64,000 nucleotides of DNA from assembly GCF_044647545.1 (NCBI RefSeq), contig NZ_CP172818.1; one strand, written 5' to 3'. Within the stretch, counting starts at the first letter, position 1; each line of letters starts with the position of its first letter. This DNA comes from Escherichia coli. GTDB taxonomy: Bacteria > Pseudomonadota > Gammaproteobacteria > Enterobacterales > Enterobacteriaceae. The position numbers and the translations under genes were made by a program. Positions 54,819-64,000 of this stretch are shown here, in pieces. The notes below the pieces were generated by a model. That model did not search any database. It was not told the origin of the DNA and was given only the letters and a program-made list of their open reading frames with translations.

Positions 54819-55373
54819 ATGGCAAAGTACAACGAAAAAGAGCTGGCGGATACGAGCAAGTTTTTAAGTTTTGTCCTCCGACACAAACCGGAGGCGATTG
54901 GTATCGTACTGGACCGTGAAGGATGGGCGGATATCGATAAGCTCATACTTTGTGCCCAAAAAGCGGGCAAGCGGTTAACCCGTGCATTGCGGGATACTGT
55001 GGTTGCCACCAGCGATAAAAAGCGTTTTAGTTATTCCAGTGATGGTAGGTGCATCCGCGCGGTTCAGGGGCATTCGACTTCGCAGGTCGCTATTTCCTTT
55101 GCCGAAAAAACACCGCCACAGTTTCTCTACCACGGTACGGCAAGCCGTTTCCTTGACGAGATAAAAAAACAGGGGCTGATTGCAGGTGAGCGTCACTACG
55201 TACATCTCTCTGCTGATGAAGCAACGGCACGCAAAGTGGGAGCAAGACACGGATCGCCGGTTATTTTAACCGTCAAAGCACAGGAAATGGCGAAACGAGG
55301 CCTCCCTTTCTGGCAAGCGGAAAACGGGGTCTGGCTGACATCAACGGTTGCGGTTGAGTTTCTTGAGTGGTAA
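54819..55373 (+). CDS. kptA: RNA 2'-phosphotransferase (Tpt1/KptA)
   Basis: 184 aa, [42 protein letters not shown]...VQGHS...HGT...YVHLS. These are the conserved Tpt1 R-H-R-R motifs. Confidence 0.93.
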   Translation: MAKYNEKELADTSKFLSFVLRHKPEAIGIVLDREGWADIDKLILCAQKAGKRLTRALRDTVVATSDKKRFSYSSDGRCIRAVQGHSTSQVAISFAEKTPPQFLYHGTASRFLDEIKKQGLIAGERHYVHLSADEATARKVGARHGSPVILTVKAQEMAKRGLPFWQAENGVWLTSTVAVEFLEW

Positions 55374-55385
55374 GGGAAACTTCCC

Positions 55386-56564
55386 TCATGAAGTGACCAC
55401 TTGTAGCTTAAATAATTGCACTGTGCTGATAAGCGCAGCAATAAACAACGCCGCCGCGCCGCAGAGAGTGGCGCTGGCAAGCGCCGATGTTCCATTGCCG
55501 AGCATACTGGTCAGCGCCGGGCCGAGGATTTGCCCAATGCCGTAAATGAGCGTCACAAAGCCTAAAAGATTGAGATTTCCCGGTACGCTCAGTTGGCGGG
55601 CGATAGTCATCACCAGAGATGTCGTGCCCATAAAGGTACCGCCAAAACCAAGACTGCTGATGATAAGCAAGAGAGGCGAGTCGCTGGCGAGAGTAAGCAG
55701 CACACAGATAGCCTGCACCAGCAAATTCGCCGTCAGGCAGGGCAAAGCCCCCCAACGTTTTGCTGCCCATAGCCAGCCAAAGCAACCAGGCACAATTGAT
55801 AAGCCGACTAACGTCCAGAGATGGGCGGTTAACAATGGTGAGCCTGCATCTTTCGCCATGAGCGGCAGGTAAGTCGCGACGATGATATAACCAAATCCCG
55901 CCAGGCCGTACAGAATAGCCAGTAACCACCAGCTCATTATCTGTTGCTCCGTTTTTGCCAATGGCATTGGTGTGATGGCGTGTTTTTTCGAGGGCATTAA
56001 AAGCGTAAGTGCAATCAGCATCATGCCAGAAAGCGCCCCGGCGCCTTGCCATAACGTTTGCGAGGAGAGGTCAAAATGCAGGCCTGCCAGAACATATTCA
56101 TTGCCCAGTGCGATGCCAATGCCAACGCCAGAAAACAAAGCTGCCAGCACAAAAGGATGGCGCGTGTGCTGCATAATCAGCGTCGAACCAAAAATCAGCA
56201 TACCGGCGCTGGCGACACCCGCCAGGACGCGAATCAATAACACCAGAATAAATGGCGGCAACCATGCCATTGCGAGGATCAACAACCCGCTCGCCAGGGC
56301 AGAAGCCAACAGAAATGGGCGCAGGCGCGATGGCTGGTGAAATGCGCCAAAAGAAAATAGCAGACTGCCAGCCAGATACCCCGCATAGTTGCCGCTGGCA
56401 ATCCACGAGAGCTGGCTAAATGAAAACGATCCTTCCGCCATCATGACGGGCAACATAGGCGTATAAAGGAAGCGGCCTAAACCCATACCTAAGGTCAGAA
56501 CCAGCATCCCGAAAAGCGCGGTGCTGAAAGAAAAGCGTTCTACGGGATGCGTGGACGAAGGCAT
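55386..56564 (-). CDS. yjiJ: MFS-like membrane protein (YbfB/YjiJ, DUF1228)
   Basis: 392 aa, 12 TM-type. Confidence 0.88.
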   Translation of the reverse strand: MPSSTHPVERFSFSTALFGMLVLTLGMGLGRFLYTPMLPVMMAEGSFSFSQLSWIASGNYAGYLAGSLLFSFGAFHQPSRLRPFLLASALASGLLILAMAWLPPFILVLLIRVLAGVASAGMLIFGSTLIMQHTRHPFVLAALFSGVGIGIALGNEYVLAGLHFDLSSQTLWQGAGALSGMMLIALTLLMPSKKHAITPMPLAKTEQQIMSWWLLAILYGLAGFGYIIVATYLPLMAKDAGSPLLTAHLWTLVGLSIVPGCFGWLWAAKRWGALPCLTANLLVQAICVLLTLASDSPLLLIISSLGFGGTFMGTTSLVMTIARQLSVPGNLNLLGFVTLIYGIGQILGPALTSMLGNGTSALASATLCGAAALFIAALISTVQLFKLQVVTS

Positions 56565-56631
56565 GTTTAACCTTGTTTGTCATTTTTGTTGTTAACAAGT
56601 TAATAACAAAAAGGTGAAGCATGCCAGCCTG

Positions 56632-58584
<1,953 letters not shown>

Positions 58585-58587
58585 TCC

Positions 58588-59739
58588 TTACAGCATCTCA
58601 ATAAAGGCCGCGACACGGGTACTGAGCTGCCCGACATCCGAGGTGGAGTAGTCTGTTTCAATAGCGATATAAGGAATGTTGTGCTGCTGGCGCACATGAC
58701 GTTTAATCGCCAGCGATTCCACCGCGTAGGTATGGCACGCCTGCAAAATCACATCAACTACGCCATCGACCTGATATTCCTCCACCATCTGGCTGAGCAT
58801 TTTCAGGCGCTGATCGTTCGGCGAAACACAGGAGCAGCCAATCGCCAGATATTTATCCGCCAGCGCGTCGTAGACATCGCCCGTTTCTGCCACGCATTGC
58901 TCGGTCGCTTTCGCCCCGGTGCAGTTTTCATAACCGACAACCCAGCCGCCATTCTCTTCAATCGCGCGCACCACTTTTTCTGCTGCGCCGCCAATCGGGC
59001 AGCCGGTGATTAAAATGCGCGGACGCGGGTCCAGTCGCTGGCCTTCTTCCCACTGCTGACGAACGCGGGCGGTCATTGCATCCAGTTCATTGATCAACGC
59101 CTCTTTATCGAACCGGAAGGTTGCGCCGTAAACCACTTTCAGAATGTCGCTGCCGCTAAGCGCCGGAGGATTTAACTGCCCAAGATGATAAAAATTAGCC
59201 AGTGCGCGACGTTCGCGGTTTTTCAGCGCAATGGCATCGCGCAGAGCATCTTCGCTAATCTCGTGCCCAAAACGTTCTTCTACCGTTTTTTGCAAGCGCA
59301 GCATCTCGGCTTTCCATAACGCACGCGAGGCATCGTCCTTAACGCTGTTGGGCAATTGCATCACATGAACAGGCTTAAACTCCGCCATGTATTCATACAT
59401 TTTCTTTTTGCCGTCGCAGGTGGTTTCACCGACCACCAGATCCGAAAAGTAGAAGTAGGGGCATTTATCGGTTTTGCCGAAGCCGTAGCTGCTTTTAATC
59501 AGCGGGCAGAGGTTGCGCGGCAGATCTTTCTCCGCTTCTTCAATGGTTTCATCAGAGGTGGAACAGAGCGAAACCACAACCGCACCGGCTGCCATCGGGA
59601 TCTCTTGCGGCATAAAGGTGCAGTAAGTGCCAACCAGCGGAATGCCGCGCTCCTTGAGATCCATGACGGTGAGAAAGCCTGTCTGGCGAGCTTCAGAGAA
59701 CTGATCGAAAATGGCGGGTAGATCGGTGACAAGTGACAT
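58588..59739 (-). CDS. yjiM: 2-hydroxyacyl-CoA dehydratase-family protein (HgdB/D-component-like)
   Basis: 383 aa starting at MSLVTDLPAIFDQFSEARQTGFLTVMDLKERGIPLVGTYCTFMPQEI. Its stop is 3 nt before the yjiL start. Confidence 0.9.
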   Translation of the reverse strand: MSLVTDLPAIFDQFSEARQTGFLTVMDLKERGIPLVGTYCTFMPQEIPMAAGAVVVSLCSTSDETIEEAEKDLPRNLCPLIKSSYGFGKTDKCPYFYFSDLVVGETTCDGKKKMYEYMAEFKPVHVMQLPNSVKDDASRALWKAEMLRLQKTVEERFGHEISEDALRDAIALKNRERRALANFYHLGQLNPPALSGSDILKVVYGATFRFDKEALINELDAMTARVRQQWEEGQRLDPRPRILITGCPIGGAAEKVVRAIEENGGWVVGYENCTGAKATEQCVAETGDVYDALADKYLAIGCSCVSPNDQRLKMLSQMVEEYQVDGVVDVILQACHTYAVESLAIKRHVRQQHNIPYIAIETDYSTSDVGQLSTRVAAFIEML

Positions 59740-59854
59740 GATTTTCCTTCCCCGTACCACGGGAGATAATGAAAAGAGGCCACATTATTACCATTCTTTT
59801 AGTATGGTTTATTTGATCTCTCTCGCGGTTAGCCACTTAGTTTTTCATGGATTT

Positions 59855-61135
59855 CTAAAAATTGCCGAGGGGGAACAAGGCCGGGAGCTGCGACAGCAAA
59901 TATAAAATTAGCCCAATACAACCGCCAACCAGCGTACCGTTGACACGAATAAACTGCAGATCTTTGCCGATATTTAACTCTATTTGCCGCGACATATCCC
60001 GCGCATCCCAGCTTTTTACCGTATCGCTGATGTGGCGCGTCAGGAATGCGGAAAACTCAGGCGCGACGCGGTGCGCGGCTTGTTCAAGATGACCATTTAA
60101 CGACGCCCGCAAGGCATCATCGGCAATTAACGTTTCGCCAAACCATTGACCCGCTCGTGCGATGCGTTCTTTCACACGAGAATCTTCACTGTTGATATCC
60201 ACTTTCAGCCATTCCCGTAAATCCCCCCACAATTCACTGAGATAGCGATTAAAAGCTTCATCTTCTTTCAGATAGCTTTTTACGGCATCGGCTCGCGCTG
60301 CCATTTCCGGATCGTTTTTCAGCTTGTCGATCAGGGCGAAGGTGGCGCGATCAAACGCATGGCGGATCTGATGCGCACGATCGCGACTAATATCATCAAG
60401 CAAAGAATTCACCGCGTCAGAAACCAACTCCGCGCTATGTTCGCCCAACCATTCGGTGGGGAGAATTTTGGCTTTCAGTGGATGCTCGCTCTCCAGCCAG
60501 CGAACAATTTGCTGGGCGATAAACTTGCGCGATTTATCGCGCTGGAGAAGGGCGATCAACTGTGCGATCAGCGTATCCAGCAGCACCTGATGACGATCGT
60601 TTTTGGTCATACTCTCCAGCATCAACGCACTGGTGCCGGAAAGATCGACCTTATCAATCGCCCGATGGACCGCGCGCTTAAGCAGGCGCTGAATACGCGC
60701 ATCATCGGTAAGTTCGAGAAAACCGCTCATGATCTGCAACAGATGCTGACCAACGCGGCGGGCGTTTTCTGGCTGGCTAAACCAGTTGCCAATCAGCAAC
60801 GCCGGTTCGTGGCGTCGAATCAATGCCACCAGGGATTGAGTATCAAGAAATTTTTCCTGCACGAACTGGCCGAGATTTTCGCCAATCCGGTCTTTATTAC
60901 GCGGGATAATCGCCGTATGGCGAGAAATGATCGGAATCGGCACGCGGCGAAACAGCGCCACCACCGCAAACCAGTCCGCCAGCGCGCCGACCATCGCCGC
61001 TTCAGCAATCGCCTTCACGCCGCTCACCCAAAAATTGGGCGGCAAAAACAGCGTAACGACAAAGGTAGCAGCGGCGATAAGCAGTAAAGAGAGCGCCAAC
61101 ATTTTGGCGCGTCTGAGTTCAATGAGTTTATTCAT
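59855..61135 (-). CDS. yjiN: DUF445-family membrane protein
   Basis: 426 aa with N- and C-terminal TM segments. Confidence 0.88.
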   Translation of the reverse strand: MNKLIELRRAKMLALSLLLIAAATFVVTLFLPPNFWVSGVKAIAEAAMVGALADWFAVVALFRRVPIPIISRHTAIIPRNKDRIGENLGQFVQEKFLDTQSLVALIRRHEPALLIGNWFSQPENARRVGQHLLQIMSGFLELTDDARIQRLLKRAVHRAIDKVDLSGTSALMLESMTKNDRHQVLLDTLIAQLIALLQRDKSRKFIAQQIVRWLESEHPLKAKILPTEWLGEHSAELVSDAVNSLLDDISRDRAHQIRHAFDRATFALIDKLKNDPEMAARADAVKSYLKEDEAFNRYLSELWGDLREWLKVDINSEDSRVKERIARAGQWFGETLIADDALRASLNGHLEQAAHRVAPEFSAFLTRHISDTVKSWDARDMSRQIELNIGKDLQFIRVNGTLVGGCIGLILYLLSQLPALFPLGNF

Positions 61136-62377
61136 AACGTTAAGAATAGAGCCTGACGGCAGGATCGCGCAAAAATCACTGCTCCTCTGCCAGCTCGGCA
61201 GCCTGATGTTGGCGCACGCGATTAAGCAATCCCGCCAGGGTGAAAACGACGATAACGCCCGCCACGACGGCTAACAGATGAAACGGCAAGCGACCGCCGT
61301 TAAACCACAGCCACCGGCCGATTTCGACCGAGACAGACATCACCATCAGGATCACCATATTCAGCGATGCGGAGACGGTCCCTTTCGGTAAGTTATTGGA
61401 AAACAGCGTAAAGCGGAATAAGGTCGGGAAGATCAAACCAATCCCGAAAGCATACAAACTGGTGCCCAGCACCGACCACAGCCATACGTGCGGTGACAGC
61501 AGATTGCCGATAATCAACAGCGCGAGGCCAACCAGTTGAATGGGTACGGCACGCCAGATAAAGCGCGGTTCGGTCGGATCTTTAACGAAACGCGCCACGA
61601 TGGCATTCGCGACAATCACCGCGCCGAACACCGGAACCTGTGTCCAGGCGAACTGCGAGGTCGTTAAGCCGCCTGCGTCAATCAGGATCACCGGCGAGAC
61701 AGCCACCCAACTCATCATTGGGATATAGCTTAAAGAGATGGTTGCTGCACCAAAGAGGAACTGCCGATTGCAAAAGACATTACGAAAATCGCGCAAGACG
61801 CTTTTGGCGCTAAATGAAACCGCGCCGCGCTTCACCGTCTCTGGCATCGCCAGCAGTAAGCCAACAAATGAGATAAAACCCATAATCGCAATGATGGCAA
61901 AAAGGACTTTCCAGTGTACAAAGTGCATCAGAGCTGCGCCGGAAAGCGGGCCGATAATCGGCGCAATCAGTACGATGGAGGTGATAATCGCCATCAACCT
62001 GATCCCTTTTGTCTGGCCGAACGCCTCCTGCACCGTGACATAACCAACGGTGGCAATAAAACAGATACTGGTGCCCTGAATTGCACGCGCGATAAGAAAC
62101 TGTGTCATAGACGTTGTGAACATTGTCGCAGCGCAGGCAAGGGTAAATATTAGCGCCCCGGTAATCAGCACCGGCCTGCGGCCAATCCTGTCGGAAAGCG
62201 GCCCCAGCAGCCACTGTAACGCCATACCGCCCGCGAGATAGAGACTGACGGCTGCCGGGGCCAGACTGACATCGGCATTAAAATCACGGACCACATTAAT
62301 GATCCCCGGCTGAATCAGGTCCGTCGACAGGTACGCGGCAAAATCATACAAAATCAACGCCATCGGGAAAAACAGCG

Positions 62378-63194
<817 letters not shown>

Positions 63195-63291
63195 TCGCGA
63201 GGGGGAGGACGCTGGTGCACTAATGACGAAACAAAGGAGGGGTTCTTCACGTTTGTGAAGGTGCCGAAACTGGATATGGACTATTGAGTGA
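63195..63291 (+). pseudogene. mrr: Degraded 3' end of an Mrr-type restriction endonuclease gene
   Basis: ...ttcacgtttgtgaaggtgccgaaactggatatggactattgagtga translates to FTFVKVPKLDMDY*. This matches the Mrr_cat C-terminal pattern (..lKvpKlDmDYFe) with small indels. The similarity fades leftwards into block 3. Confidence 0.5.
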
Positions 63292-63297
63292 AATGTC

Positions 63298-63327
63298 AGG
63301 CCGCAGATGCGGCGCCATCATCCGGCC
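63298..63327. repeat. REP-like palindromic element between mrr' and yjiA
   Basis: The sequence is aggccgcagatgcggcgccatcatccggcc. Confidence 0.4.
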
Positions 63328-63332
63328 CAAAA

Positions 63333-64000
63333 TTACTTCCTCAACCCCGCAAACGCTGCCCGAATCTCTTCCTCCGGCAACTGAATCCCGATAAACACCA
63401 TCGTGCTATGCGGTTTTTCATCGCCCCACGGGCGGTCCCAGTCGGCGCTGTAGAGGCGTTGGACGCCCTGGAATAGCAGGCGGTTAGGTTCGCCGTCAAT
63501 CCATAGCATCCCTTTGTAACGCAGTAGTTTATCCGCCGACTCCAGCAGCAGGTTTTCCATCACCCGGGAAACTTCGCTGATATCTACCGGGTAATCCAGT
63601 TCCACCACAATCGACGAAATATCGTTTTGTTTGTCCGCGATAAAGTGGAAACGCGGTTTGGTGCTGACGACGTTTTCTTCCAGCATAAAACCGTTGGTGT
63701 TGAACAGAAGGCCCAGGTCGATATCGCCGTGGGTAACGGTGTAGACCGGTGCGCGGGCGTTGATGCGCGCCAGGCGTTCACGCAGTTTCTCTGCTTCGCC
63801 TGCGACGTCGGTTTTCGTCAGCAGAATACGGTCGGCGTAGCCAACCTGGGACTGGGCGATGGTGAACTGGTTCATCTGCTCATCGGCATGTACCGCATCC
63901 ACCAGCGCAATCACGCCGTCCAGCAGGTAGCGCTGGCATAAAATCTCATGGGAGAAAAAGGTCTGAATAATCGGGCCGGGATCGGCCATGCCGGTGCATT
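63333..64000 (-). CDS. yjiA: COG0523-family GTPase (CobW/YjiA), C-terminal ~220 codons; the gene continues beyond the window end
   Basis: The translation is ...GMADPGPIIQTFFSHEILCQRYLLDGVIALVDAVHADEQMNQF...LLTKTDVAGEAEKLRERLARINARAPVYTV...MVFIGIQLPEEEIRAAFAGLRK*. Confidence 0.9.
   Translation of the reverse strand, partial: CTGMADPGPIIQTFFSHEILCQRYLLDGVIALVDAVHADEQMNQFTIAQSQVGYADRILLTKTDVAGEAEKLRERLARINARAPVYTVTHGDIDLGLLFNTNGFMLEENVVSTKPRFHFIADKQNDISSIVVELDYPVDISEVSRVMENLLLESADKLLRYKGMLWIDGEPNRLLFQGVQRLYSADWDRPWGDEKPHSTMVFIGIQLPEEEIRAAFAGLRK

Overview
This is an enterobacterial chromosome segment. By my reading of the translated ORFs it is collinear with the E. coli K-12 leuX-to-yjiA region. 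Gene names come from recognising the proteins from memory; no database search was run.

Gene order:
- Window start: yjgR' (partial), ahr, tRNA-Leu(CAA) leuX.
- KpLE2-type island integrated at leuX: a truncated P4-type integrase, an IS66 transposase remnant, IS4, NanR-controlled yjhBC, small remnants, an IS911::IS30/IS600 nest, the ferric-citrate genes fecIR-fecABCDE, IS1, yjhU/yjhF/yjhGHI sugar-acid genes, the sgc PTS cluster, the topAI-yjhQ-yjhP toxin-antitoxin operon, and a run of decayed genes that includes the helicase-PLD fragment yjhR.
- After the island: nanCMS, the last ~56 codons of fimH, gntP, uxuAB-uxuR, yjiC, iraD, hypT, iadA-yjiGH, kptA, yjiJ, yjiK, yjiM-yjiL plus a DUF3343-like ORF, yjiN, mdtM and yjiA' (partial).

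I saw no rRNA genes and no CRISPR array.

The most unusual content is three 0.6-0.8 kb blocks made almost only of G and C (about 2213-2820, 42891-43540 and 62378-63194).
- They sit where K-12 carries the rest of intB plus IS2 and neighbours, fimB to fimH, and the yjiP...mcrBC-hsdSMR-mrr immigration-control region.
- The middle block is a degenerate, compressed, collinear copy of IS1.
- The right edge of the last block decays out of an mrr-like 3' end and contains a 116-nt G run.
- I think these are most likely sequence, assembly or in-fill artefacts, possibly sitting on real deletions. They are not coding biology.

I found no convincing intact novel system. The best biological leads are:
- two wrecked defence-type genes (helicase-PLD and an SBD/HNH-like N-terminus) beside the intact TopAI module;
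- a translationally coupled DUF3343-like ORF that extends the orphan yjiML activase/dehydratase operon;
- the uncharacterised sgc PTS cluster.
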